Positions 48,991 through 60,882 of a stretch of DNA of 64,000 nucleotides are shown one piece after another. The notes beneath the pieces are model-generated. The model saw nothing but the letters and a program-made list of their open reading frames with translations. It was not told where the DNA came from and made no database searches. A program made the translations under genes and the position numbers. Origin of the DNA: Zancudomyces culisetae HAW-14-8 (Eukaryota; Fungi; Kickxellomycota); assembly GCA_052426225.1 (NCBI GenBank), contig JBNJNM010000015.1, positions 124,001-188,000 on the forward strand. The letters are read 5' to 3'. Every line of letters starts with the position of its first letter. Position 1 is the first letter of the stretch.

Positions 48991-51362
48991 ACCCATTTCC
49001 ATCCAACAGCACGGATTTCAACTCTACGCGAGAGACTTCCCTATCAGATATTCTGAACCATTGACCATCAGTTTTTTTGTAGCAATAATAGTGCCCCGAA
49101 TTGTGCGAACCAACGTGAGCCACTACCGAACACAGCTCGAATATCACTTTGTTTTCATTTACATCTCCACCAGATCTTGATAGTGACAACGGTCGCAGTG
49201 GGCGAGGATCTAGATATCCGTTTGTCAAAAACGGTGTTAAATCCAGCTGGCTACTGAGGATCAGTTTACTCGAGTTTTTAACCAAATTATACCCGTCATA
49301 ACAAGCAGATCGGTTTAGATGCAAGCATAATAGAGATGGTGGCCGAGCAAGCATCGTCTGTCTGGTTGATATGCCTGGTTTGTATTGGTTTAAGGGTATT
49401 TGAATGTCTATCTGCTTCTCAGGATCGTATTTTATTGCGTACTCAAGGTGATTTATTTGTTTGGTTATTTTCGCTAGCCTCTTATCACTCGTCTTTTGAC
49501 GCTTTTTGTCACGTGATTCTATCTTTTCTTTTTTTCCCTTTAATACGTCCAGAGCATGTGATAGTGCACACTTTCGACATCTAAAGTCGTCCAATCTATC
49601 CATTTCTATGTATAACTTCAAGCATTCATCTACAGTACATTCGCGCTATTTTCATATATCATGTTGACTTGTATCTGTTACCCTGCCTTTCATTTGAAAT
49701 AAATGTGTTTACATGTATAATTTGTTCATAAAATACCTTTTGTGGGACTGGAAGGGTCAGGCATTCGAAGGAATAATGCTTTACTGATGCCTTTTTTATT
49801 TGAAATAGGTTTGGAATGGTTAGTATGTACATTATTGAAGATGTGTCATGTATATTTTCTCCAAAGTCAATGTATTTTGAGCAATACTAAAACGATATTT
49901 ACCGTATAACCGCAATAGTTACAAGCTATCTTACTTGCTGCAAGTCCGACAAATGGACTATTGCTTTCTATCTTCCTAATTGAGTTGGCGTTACTTTTAG
50001 AATTGCCATTTTCTGCGCTGGCATCACTCTATATTGGTACATTAGTATGTGTTTTGTTAGTAAATACGAGATATCGCTGTTACATACAACATAATCTTTA
50101 TTTTTTTATGATTTCGTTTTTATTCCAATGTTTTCATCATACCTCACTTAGTATCCCGCTTAGAGAAGGTTTGGTATGGGCTATATCGCTGCTATACTGC
50201 AAACTCTCCAACACAAGCATAAAAAATTCTTGAGCATCTTGTTCTGCACTACTCATAACCCATTTTGTTTTGTTCCCGAAACTTTTTATCAGAGTCTTTG
50301 GCATGAACGCCTGCTGCGATTGTTTTTTCGGTCTGATCTCTATAATTTTGGCGTAAACTCAACTTTAGGTTACTTTTTTTTTTTACTCATGGAAGAGTCG
50401 TCCAAAAGTTAATACATAATCATCTCAAGTGTATACAGCATTCTACTCTGTCATATAACGCGCCGGTTGTTTCGAGCAAGAATTACTAAAAAAGAAAATA
50501 CCTTCCTACTATAGAGTGATACATTACCTTTAATCGCTTTATCCAGCTGATATAGTATTTCTTGCTCTTGCTCTTCTTCGCGCATTTTTTTGATTAATGT
50601 GCCGTTATACTTCAGCGATTGTAAATGAGTTTTTAAACCTAGATTTATTTTCTTTATTTTTGCTGTTTCCTTCCATTTATCCTCGACATATTCGCAAAAT
50701 GGTTCGAGAGCCTCTAAACCCTATCGAATGGAAGCATGATAATTAACATATGTTTATACCATTTTACTAGTTTTTTTCGGATAATGAGATTATCAACCGC
50801 ATACTGAGGGTTTTCCATTGAAAAAAAGATGCTGTAATCGCTATGTTTTTAATTCACAAAAATCTTTCGAGTACACACTTACTTGTAAGACGGAATTTAA
50901 AAAACAAGTGTTCCCAACGTTGTAAATTCCCCTAGGTTTTCCTAAAGTAGGTATTGAGTTTAGTTTTCTTTATCTAATAATTTCTTTTTGAGAATGTGTT
51001 GCATCTTACGCAAAAACACATTTTTTCACAATATATTATGGTCATAAAATGGCCTTGGTGCACTAAAATATGACTGTAGAGGAAAACCATATTAAATATA
51101 TGGACAGCAACTTACTTCCAGTTTCCTTTTGTGAATCTAGATCTTTTTGTTTTCGGGTTTCCAGTCGATCCATTTCGAGATTATCGGTCTCGCGCTTCTT
51201 TCTCCTTCTTCTTTTCCTTCTATCGCTTGAAATTGAACGTTTTGATGCACTGTAGTAATTTGACATGGCAACACAGATAGTACCTACTAGTACCGACCCT
51301 ATTGTCATTATCATTATATTTACTCTCCCCCCATTTTTCACCTTTAATCCCAAATACTCCAT
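48938..51362 (-). CDS. Ubiquitin-specific protease with N-terminal TM anchor, USP30/Ubp16-like (multi-exon)
   Basis: N-terminal hydrophobic segment plus basic run; Cys box GIYNVGNTCFLNSVLQ (~50885-50935); EQDAQEFF (~50225); LCLHLNRS; His box HVGSHNSGHY; WFRISD. Confidence 0.85.
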
Positions 51363-51689
51363 CTTTGTTCACTTTTTTTCCTGATAATTACACTATGTCC
51401 TCTTTAATATACTTTTTTTTGGGTTTGGTCTTTGAGCTTCTTTGTGTTTGTCCATATAGAAATAGTAAAATGATTCTTGAATATTCAGCGTTTATTCGCC
51501 AAAACACCAACAAAATTAACTAAAACTGGGATTTGAAGATTTATTGATGTTTATAAATTTTGTGAACCTCATTAAGACTTGGAATAAAATTACCATTTGC
51601 GAATTATTGATGTGGTTGAAAAACCAATAATGACCAAAGGTCAGAAGATCAAATTAAATAATCCCAAAAGATAACTATACATTCAAAAA

Positions 51690-51972
51690 AACACAACCAA
51701 GTCTATCTACAAGTATGTGTATTGTGTTGAGTGAACCAAAACTAGCGACATATACACAGAGCCAGATGTTTCCAACCTACTTATCTCTATAACTGGATCG
51801 GTTTGGAGATAAGGCGGGTCATTCAACTGTTCTGATTCGGGGGACTATAGCCTCAAGCTAATAGTAAACATCTGCAACTCAAGGCTGGAATTTCTTTTAG
51901 CCTCCAGTTGTGTTATCCTTCTAGATGATACCATCATTTTGAGTAAAGTTATTAGTGTTAGCTAATTTTTGG
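51690..51972 (+). ncRNA. Candidate structured Sm-class RNA (possible telomerase RNA 3' region)
   Basis: Multi-helix fold with plus-strand-only G-U pairs; Sm consensus AATTTTTGG at 51964-51972 fused to 5' splice site GTATGC (see findings). Confidence 0.4.
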
Positions 51973-52211
51973 TATGCATGAAAGCTATATTGATGTAAAT
52001 ACCTCTTATAAACACATCAACAAAACATTCTTCCTTTTCATTATTTTTAAACCATGTCTAAATTATACCAGTACCAATGGAGTACAAATAAATTAACGCA
52101 AAGGTTTAGCAGTTGAAATACCCATAATTTTGATTTCATTCAAAATCAAAAAATTTTTTACTCGGTTTTCGTATAAAACCGCCGTCAAATCCGGGAACTG
52201 TGGAAAAAATC

Positions 52212-52510
52212 AGACTGTACTTACAAGGATCTAGTTTGTAGTACACTTCTTTGTCTTTGTTTCCGAACAAAGTCATGCAAACAAGACTGGACGATGATTG
52301 GAACTACACTGTCTGAAAAGGGAAGTGTGAGTTTTAAGGCAACTTGGTGTTTTTCATTTTTTATGAGGGACTTTTTTTGGAGGAGCTCGCTTCTTTGAAG
52401 AAAGACCTTGAAAGAAGGGAAGACTACCACGCCTTTTCTGACTCGTTGATGATCTTGCCAAGTGGTGTTAAAAGCTGCTGGCATGGACGGATGTAGATTC
52501 TGACAGTCTT
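52212..52510 (+). ncRNA. U3 box C/D snoRNA
   Basis: 5' AGACTGTACTTACAAGGATC (GAC box, box A', box A); box C' GATGA 52293-52297; box B-like AAGTGTGAG; box C GTTGATGATCTTG; box D CTGA 52500-52503; terminal stem AAGACTG (52283-52289)/CAGTCTT (52504-52510); TATAAAA about 40 nt upstream. Confidence 0.9.
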
Positions 52511-53087
52511 ATTATTTAAAGAAAAAAAACGAATTAAAATGGTGGTGGGTGAGAGAGTGAGTTGGAGAGAGAGATGAGTGAAAGAGAGTGAGTGGGGTTT
52601 GGTTAGTATAACTCTGTTTTGTTGCTCACTTCAGTTTGGTTGTTGGCAGTGTTTTGGAGGTATGTGAATATCATAAACCTTTATACTCGTATCCAGCTTA
52701 CTACTAGTTGGAAATGCTACACTCAAACCAGCCACGAGTCCACTAAACGACCAGAACTTTGCAACACTTATCCCATGCTTGATGTGAATCTTGCCCATGT
52801 TGGAATAAAAAGATTTATTAGAGCATATTTAGGTGCAAAATTGATAAAACTAAGTGTGTATCCCTACATACTAAATGAATGGGTAGTATACGTTTTTTTG
52901 GGGGCCTTATATCACACCCATTGTGACATAATCCCCGAGATTCCCACATCCTCTACTCATTTTTCCTACTATCTTAATCCAACATTTGTGTGTATTCAAC
53001 ACTTTCTTTCATTGTAACTGATATATAAGCCCTTGGAGTTATATGAGCTAAAAAGCACATTAATACCGCACATCTAACACAACAGCG

Positions 53088-55673
53088 CTACATTTCAGTG
53101 ATATCATCGTCGTCTAAATGACACTCATGTATATTATATGCGATACCCGGTCTACATCTGCCCTGCTCGTAAGTATTATCAGGCACAATTGTATTCCCAT
53201 ATCCGAAATAGCGTATCGCATCCTGGGCTCTCAATTTTCTGTGATAGATGTTATAGTTGTATCCTATTGGCACACCAAACCTGAATTTGCTGGTATATCT
53301 GCTTAAATTTTGCTTGGTTCTACCTTCTGCGTTTGTGCTCCTTTTCTCAGAAGTCTTGTACAATCCTTTATTATACTTGGCGTTGTATCTAGATCTGGTA
53401 CGCTTTTTAACTTTTATGTTGTTACGCGCACGACAGGTCTTTTCTTTCATATTATTGCGGAACTGACTCTCTTTAGAATTATTTTTTCTTCCATAATAAC
53501 CCACATATTTGTGTGTACGTAGTCTAAATTTAGCATCAGACTTGAACTCAACATCTTTCTTTGATCTTTCTGAGGAACCGCCTAGTAGTTTATTATTCTG
53601 GTTTCTCCATACCTTATGTTTAATTCTTTGACATCTTTTTGGTACAGTTTTTGGGCGACCATGTAAGTGATTTTCCTCGAGGTTTTTGAAATGTAGGTTA
53701 TACAGGTGATTTTTGCCATAGCCATTAATGTTTTTACGACCAATGTACTTATTTGATGTGCTTTTAGTTAAGTGTTTCTGGTATGGCTGCGGTTCCATCA
53801 AAATTCTAATATTTTTTATCCCGTTAAAGATCTTTTTTCTGCATACTCTGTTAGGTGTTTTGTCTTTATCTTTTTTCTCTTTGCTTTCACGATACCCAAT
53901 AGTTTGCAAAGTGTGTTTATCTAAAACCTCTGTGGGTGAAACACGTGAAATACTTTTGGCAACTTTCTGGGTACCAGTTGGAGAAGGTATGAATACCTTA
54001 TCAAAAATTGATTCTATGTATTTACTTGCTTTCTCTGTATTCACTATCAGCCTTATATTTCCCTGATCTTTACTTACCCCATTAGCTGTCTCGGTAGTAA
54101 TAAGATTCTCATACTCGCCAATAGCACGCAGTTTGTCATCAATATCGCTTTTCGCTGCTTTACCCACCCATTGGGGAGGTATTGTAGGCTCAATAGATAT
54201 ATTATCGGCAACACGAATGATGTGCTCAGGTGGTTCGTTTATTGAATTGTTTTGTGTATTTTGAACTACGTTTTCTACACTTTCCATCTTGTGCTTACTC
54301 TCGGTTTTCTGTAAATTTGCTTTATGCCTTATAGTAGGTTTTTCTGAGAATACTAAAGTTGTGGAAAGACTAAAAGTGATTTTTGTCTCTCCAATACTGA
54401 TATTACCTTCATTAGCATAGGTCAAATGTTCGTCGATTCTCATTGCATTGGTAAAGTAGGCATGAATATTGTCCCGATCAAAAGTATCGGAATTGATATT
54501 TAATTTTTTCGGCAGAATAGACATAGATGTGGGTGTGGGTGTGGGTGTGAGCGTAATTGAAGATGTAGATGTAGATGTAGGTGTAGGTTTAGGCGTAGAC
54601 GTGGGTGTGTATTTATAAGCATTAGTACCAGAAAAAATACGAATAGTTTTTATCAATGTTGCAGTGTTATTATCCTCGTTTGTACCTTTATGCATGGTTT
54701 TCTCGACTGCTTTAAAATAATCCAAATGTCCGTTTTTTATCTCTGGAGATGCTATGTATTCATTTTTTGTAGATTTAATTGAATTATGGCTCTTTTCTTC
54801 TGTTTTTATCTTTACATAGACACCAACCGTCATATCTTTTGTTGTGTTAATATCAGTGGGTGTATACTCATTATTATTTGTACTATTCTGATGGTCATCA
54901 TACTGATTCATATCTTCATCTTCATCTTCATCTTCACCTTCATCCTCATCATCCTCATCATAATAATCATTCTCATAATCAATATGTCCAGCATCATATT
55001 GATTGTCGTTTTTTCCAAATTGAATTGTGGTTGGTTTTTGAACAAAGCTGTTTTCTGAGTTTGTTATATACATAACATCGATCTCATATGTCCCTGTTGG
55101 TATTTTGTTATTCTTATTCCCATCTATGCCACTGCTTTGCTCTCCACCACTCTCGTCACTCCTGTAATACTTTTCAACACCGGACTCAGTACTGTCTACT
55201 ATCGCGTCAGATGTTTTTTTCTCATCCATTTTAGTTGATAAATATGTGCTTGTATTTATGTGCGCATCCTCACCCATTTCATAGTCGTCCTCTACCTCAT
55301 AGTTTTCCTCACCTTCGTCAAGAATTACTATATCATCTGATACTATTTGTGCATTTCTGGTTATGGTACTATTTTCAATTCCATTCGCATCATAATGAGA
55401 AAGATGTACAACTTCAACAGAATGCGGTAAACTGGGTTCTGCGGTGCCTTCTTCCCGAGCTATACTTTCCCAATTATTTTTGTGCTTTATTTGAATGCTT
55501 GCCGCATATTTTTCGGAATGTCGTTTAGGAGTGTAAAAAGCCTTAAAAATATTGTTTTCATCAGATATAGCAAGCGTAGCTGTAACTAGATTTTCACTTT
55601 TATCCTCACTTCCATGCAATATTGATGTACATAATTGTACTACGCATAGACAAATTAAACCCTTGTAGAACAT
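53088..55673 (-). CDS. Lineage-specific secreted low-complexity protein (acidic N-half, Pro/Thr linker, basic C-half)
   Basis: Intronless 861-aa ORF; signal-peptide-like MFYKGLICLCVVQLCTSILHG; no family motif recognised. Confidence 0.7.
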   Translation of the reverse strand: MFYKGLICLCVVQLCTSILHGSEDKSENLVTATLAISDENNIFKAFYTPKRHSEKYAASIQIKHKNNWESIAREEGTAEPSLPHSVEVVHLSHYDANGIENSTITRNAQIVSDDIVILDEGEENYEVEDDYEMGEDAHINTSTYLSTKMDEKKTSDAIVDSTESGVEKYYRSDESGGEQSSGIDGNKNNKIPTGTYEIDVMYITNSENSFVQKPTTIQFGKNDNQYDAGHIDYENDYYDEDDEDEGEDEDEDEDMNQYDDHQNSTNNNEYTPTDINTTKDMTVGVYVKIKTEEKSHNSIKSTKNEYIASPEIKNGHLDYFKAVEKTMHKGTNEDNNTATLIKTIRIFSGTNAYKYTPTSTPKPTPTSTSTSSITLTPTPTPTSMSILPKKLNINSDTFDRDNIHAYFTNAMRIDEHLTYANEGNISIGETKITFSLSTTLVFSEKPTIRHKANLQKTESKHKMESVENVVQNTQNNSINEPPEHIIRVADNISIEPTIPPQWVGKAAKSDIDDKLRAIGEYENLITTETANGVSKDQGNIRLIVNTEKASKYIESIFDKVFIPSPTGTQKVAKSISRVSPTEVLDKHTLQTIGYRESKEKKDKDKTPNRVCRKKIFNGIKNIRILMEPQPYQKHLTKSTSNKYIGRKNINGYGKNHLYNLHFKNLEENHLHGRPKTVPKRCQRIKHKVWRNQNNKLLGGSSERSKKDVEFKSDAKFRLRTHKYVGYYGRKNNSKESQFRNNMKEKTCRARNNIKVKKRTRSRYNAKYNKGLYKTSEKRSTNAEGRTKQNLSRYTSKFRFGVPIGYNYNIYHRKLRAQDAIRYFGYGNTIVPDNTYEQGRCRPGIAYNIHECHLDDDDITEM

Positions 55674-56660
55674 TATGTACCAGATATATTATTGACGTTT
55701 TCTGCAATTACCATCTAGTAAAAAAGAAAAAAATTGTTTTGCTTTTTGAGAACAAAAGTATAGATATTTGCTCACTAGTCTATATTTAAGCTAAATATAA
55801 AGAAAGCAGACAATTAAATTTTACATGCGATGTTAAACAGTGTATAAGTTCTCTTAAATAGAATCCATGGTTTTATATTATCCCAACACGTTACGATTAA
55901 TTGATGTTGTATCCAAGTTTCTTTTATTAAATACACGATTGATAGGTAAAAAAAAAAAGAAACAGGTACGCATCGTGAATACTATCGCTATCATCACATC
56001 ATATCTACAGTAAAAAAGGCTGCATAAGATATATTTTTATAGTTTGGAATCACTTTTGATTTAGTTGCTTTAATATTTAATTTAAATGCAGGATTTTAGT
56101 TAATAAATTAATGAAAAACATGTTTATGGAATACCCAAGAACACAGATGCAGAGAAATGTTTGCTTTCACAGCTCAAATAGGTCAGTAAAAAAAAAGTTA
56201 ATATCCCAACCAAGTAGCTTTCTATGCTATTTGTTTTTCGGGTTTTAACTAAGTTTATTTCCAGCTATCTCTGGCTGCACCAAAAGTTATTCAAAATTTT
56301 TTGGTAGACGTCGTAGCGGGTTCTCTACATGAACATTCAAGTATAGCTACAATCAAAAGATATTTTGTATACATACTGGTCTAGTATATCTTTATTTCAT
56401 CCAAAGTTGTTGTCCTGGAAACTATATTTTTTTGCCTAGCTTTTCCAAATTGGTAGGTGTCCTTTGACATCAATCAAATGCTTTAGTTTATTGGATTTTG
56501 GATATAAAAAAAACTTTTTTTATTGGGTAAACTGCTGAAAATTAAATTGAAAATGTGTTAATAAATATAAATGCGCAGCCAAATTCAAAATACCCATCTT
56601 TGATATTCTTGAACTACTGGAATAATTAAAAAAAGACAAACTTAACAATATAGATTCACA

Positions 56661-57705
56661 ATGGTGATATTCATACCAAGCGGAAAGATACAGTAAGATA
56701 TCCAACAGTTAGTTTACAGTACTATAGAATGTCTCTATTGGTTTTACAATGTGCCTACCTCAAGCATACTCAAAGTAAAAAAAATTAAGGAGCTAAACCG
56801 TATTAAATGTGGCAAATAGGTTGACAAATGTATCTATAGTTAGACTGAAAAAGGGAGGGAAAAGATTTGAGATAGCCTGCTACAAAAACAAAGTTGCTGA
56901 ATGGAGAAATGGAAAGTAAGTTAGAATTCTACCTTTGTAATTTTTATTTTTATCTGGTTCGTTTTCCAGAATACCTCTCTCCTTGTCTACCTACAAAGAA
57001 AAGGGTGAATATTTTGATTTCATTCATTTATCGTTATGTAAAAAAATAAATATGTGTATAAATAGCGAGAAAGATATTGACGAAGTTTTGCAGATTCATC
57101 AAATTTTTACAAACGTGTCAAAGGGCCAAGTTGCAAAAAGCACCGAGTTGACACAGGCTTTCAAAACAACTGAGCAAAAGGAAATAATTCAGGAAATACT
57201 GAAGAAAGGCGAAATTCAAATCACCGAAAAGGAACGCTCAATCCTCTTAGAATCGATGTTGAGAGATATTTGCGTGATAATTGCGACCAAATGTGTAAAT
57301 CCAGCAACAAACAAGCCATATACAATCAAGATGATAGAAAAGGCTATTGTTGACGAACTTCATTATTCAGTAAAAATTAACCAAAGCGCAAAGAAGCAAG
57401 CATTGGATGTGATAAAGCTGCTACAGAGTAAGAAAAGCAAAGAATTTCCTATCAGACGGGTCCAGATGCGATGTAAAGTCGTGTTTCCTGCCTTGCACAG
57501 AAAAATGCGGGAAAAGGTTGTTGGATTGGCTGTAACCATTGAGGAGGAGAGAAGAAATGATGAAAAATACGAAATGGTATGTTTAATTGATCCAGGACAA
57601 TTCAGGCCTATTACTGAACTTATAAGCACTGAATGTAAGGATGAGGGTGAATGTAGTATCATGAGTATGTTTGATTCAAGGGAAGAGGATAGTGCGTTCC
57701 TTTAA
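56661..57705 (+). CDS. SDO1: Ribosome maturation factor Sdo1/SBDS (3 exons)
   Basis: Spliced [45 protein letters not shown]...NVSKGQVAK...[11 protein letters not shown]...LIDPGQFR. Confidence 0.95.
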
Positions 57706-57937
57706 ATGTTTTTTCCTTATATTATATTTTTTATTTTCATATGGTGACAAGTACATGAGTTTCCCGAGCTAGTAAAAAAATATCACTCGCCTATTTTTTG
57801 TAAGAATGGGTTTCTGGTGGATGTATAGAGTTTTACAAATAAAAGAGTTCAACTGAAAACCAAAACATTCCTATATAATAATAACAAGGTAGAATATAAC
57901 ACGTTGGGATGCGGGAGGCAGGCATAGAGTATTTATT

Positions 57938-59372
57938 CTACAAATACTGCCGTAGATAAGCCTTTTGTTTAATATCATTAAAGTCAATCGATGCATAAAT
58001 ATCCAGTATCATCTTCGAAGCAAGAAGAAGCTCAACTTCGGTACAATCAAAAACCTCATACCAGCATCTAGGTAAAATCGAAGCTTTAGGGCTGTGTTTC
58101 TTCTCTGCCAAATATATTGCTGCACAAGCTATTATACTTGGTTGAAATACTACATATACGATGCTATAATATCTAATGAAATAAAGAAAAAAGTTATTTC
58201 ATCATATTATAAACCCGATCTTTTACAGTATAACACAAATAAAGTCACACAAACAATATAAATAACGAAAAATAAAGGCAATATGTAAAAAAAAAGCTTA
58301 CGCATCATTCAAATAGTTCCACGCTAGCTGGAGTAGCCCGTCCTCGTCTATCAAACCCACACTTTGTAAATAGTTTACCGCCAAGCCATAGGCGTGTTGT
58401 ACCTGAACGTTAAATCCCAATCCTCTTAGTAATAGCAATTCAGCTCTAAACATGGAGTTTTTCGCGTCCAGAAATTCCTAGTTAATGTTTATTGAAAATT
58501 CAGCATTAGTTAGCAAAAATAAGAAAAAAAATAACCATATGAGGAGTTTACAGGTAAAAGAAAGCCCATTGTTGGGCAATGCACAAGAAAATACTTCCCT
58601 TCTCCTCTTCCTCCAATACTCTTTTGCAAAAAATAAATATAAAATATTTGTATGAGTTTGAATACAAAGCATTACCGTTCCATGTATGTCCATCTCTTTC
58701 TCCTCGAGGCCAAAATCATATCTAATGAATGAATCTACTGTACAGATAATGGATTTTATTTTTCTAAGAGATTCTTCCGTTTTCGTGGCCAAAAACAATG
58801 CACCCAGTGCTGTTTCCTAAACCAGTGATAAATAAACGATTCATATGAGCTTTTATTTGCGGAATTTATTACCTGGATAACAATTCCCAACACCAACACC
58901 AATCCAAGAACAAAAACAAAAACAAAAACAAAAACAAATATCAACATGCAACTAAGAAGGTAATATAAAGAGGAAACAGTATTATAACAAAATATTGGCC
59001 AAGCAGCCTGAAACACGTACCTTAATTCCCAGTTGTTTAAAGCTTGTAACAAAATACATTCGTTGAAAAAGTACCATTGCACTTGACATTACTACCTGGG
59101 GCCTAAACAAGTGGTATTGCGTCTTAAGTAAATAAATGCACATGCAAATACGATATATCTATAGTCTAAAGTTTGAGAAATGCAAATACTTTGGTCCAAA
59201 AATGTTCTTACAATCTCAATAGGATTCCAGCATTCTGTATGATACGACAGCCATAGCATCGTAAATCAAATTCAGTACTCTCAGAAATCCCGTCTTTCCT
59301 ACTCGGCGTGTTTACAAGCATTTCGTAGCTCACTGTCTGATTTAAAAGTGATAAACGACTTTGATTTTCCAT
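57938..59372 (-). CDS. Cyclin L (CDK11 partner), 5 exons, no RS tail
   Basis: Spliced TPSRKDGISESTEFDLRCYGCRIIQNAGILLRL/PQVVMSSAMVLFQR/ALFLATKTEE/AELLLLRGLGFNVQVQH...AWNYLND/FQPSIIACAAIYLA. Confidence 0.88.
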
Positions 59373-59801
59373 TTTTTTTGTAGCGTCTATGAAGTTTTCT
59401 TGTTTTTTATGTATATTTGTAGTATCTTGGTTTATTGCTTGCTAAAGCATTTTTCGCATCTATAGAATTTATGTGTACAAAAGTCGGTCTTATTTTTTAT
59501 TTACAGTATTAAGAACCAAAAAAATAATAAGCTGCTCATTTAAAGATTTTAATAGATCCAACAATTTTTTGCTTCAGCCAACCCAGTCTTTGAGAAATAA
59601 ATAAATATATAAATAGAAATAAAAAAAAAGAAAGAAATAAAGCAAATAAAGCAAAGCATGTTTCTTTTTAAAGTGGCTCTTCCTTGCTAACTGTTCTATT
59701 ATACAATACGTGCTAACGCACTACTAAAACGAAAAACACCTCTTTCTAGCTCCTCATTTCCTTCTACAAGGTAAAAAACAATAAAATAAACCAGCTATAA
59801 T

Positions 59802-60668
59802 CTATAGCGAATTAATTTTATCTGATACATATTTTTCAAACTGTGAAAACGTCATATTGTAGTCGGGCATGTCTCTATAGTTGATATTTGCAAACAAGGA
59901 TTTAACCTGAGGATTTGTGGACCAATCTAAGCTTGAAAATGGTTTTCTGGCATCTTGTACGTCGGTTTTTCCACCCGCTGGAGTCTTTTTTCTAATTTGT
60001 GCGCCCTCGCCATCAAAAGAATGTGCTCTTATGTGTACGGGGATCGCCTCAAAATTATCCAGTTTCCCCGCCAATATCTTTGAGACGCTCTGTTCCTCCT
60101 TAAAAATAATATGCGCAAACGCTCTGCTACCTAGGAGCACGTGCAAAACATCACCAAATTCCGAAGCAACCTCGAACAGGTCCTTTTCTCGAACATTATC
60201 CATCACATTGGGATTCCATATTATCTTCACGGTTCTATTAATCTCATCATCAACTTCCTCATGATTCTCTTCTTCGGGGTTTTTAAAACTTTTACGCATC
60301 TTTTTAAAGAATTTGTCGCGCTCCGTAATCATTGTTTCCTCCATAGGCTCTGCTGCCTTGGATTTGTTCTTCGCAAGAAATTCTTCACGCTCCAATTTCA
60401 TCTTCATCTCATACCTTTTTTTGTTTTTCAACTGCTCTAGCTTGTTTCGTTCATATTTCTTCAGATAGATTGCCCTGTTTTCATCGATTGATAGGAAATC
60501 AAAAGCCTTTTTAATTTCTACAAATTTTTCCTCGGAATTGGCTATTGTTGACCTATCTGGATGATACATCAAGGCCAAGCGCTTGTAGGCCCTGGAAATA
60601 TCCTTGATAGACGCATTGTATTCTAATTCCAGAACCTTGTATGGGTCGAAATCTATTTTGCTAGCCAT
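59802..60668 (-). CDS. J-domain plus RRM-like splicing co-chaperone Cwc23/DNAJC17
   Basis: DPYKVLEL...AYKRLALMYHPD; coiled coil KMKLEREE; RRM-like TVKIIW...EFGDV...AHIIF. Confidence 0.75.
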   Translation of the reverse strand: MASKIDFDPYKVLELEYNASIKDISRAYKRLALMYHPDRSTIANSEEKFVEIKKAFDFLSIDENRAIYLKKYERNKLEQLKNKKRYEMKMKLEREEFLAKNKSKAAEPMEETMITERDKFFKKMRKSFKNPEEENHEEVDDEINRTVKIIWNPNVMDNVREKDLFEVASEFGDVLHVLLGSRAFAHIIFKEEQSVSKILAGKLDNFEAIPVHIRAHSFDGEGAQIRKKTPAGGKTDVQDARKPFSSLDWSTNPQVKSLFANINYRDMPDYNMTFSQFEKYVSDKINSL

Positions 60669-60882
60669 GTGTTGGATTTCCGCAAAGTTAACTTGCTTTG
60701 TATCATATAGAAGGTTTTAGTGTTTGCCCTTGAAAATTGCTTTATGTTTTTTTTTTTTTCGTTTACTTAATTTGTATCACATTCCCAATTATAAAAAAGT
60801 TTTTTTTTTGATCTGACTGATTAAATTGACTATTTTTTTAAAAACTGCACTTCTTGGGTGTTAAAACAGATTTAGAGATAAA

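Noticed and set aside
52221-52484. 87-aa minus-strand ORF
   Set aside because: Antisense shadow of the U3 snoRNA
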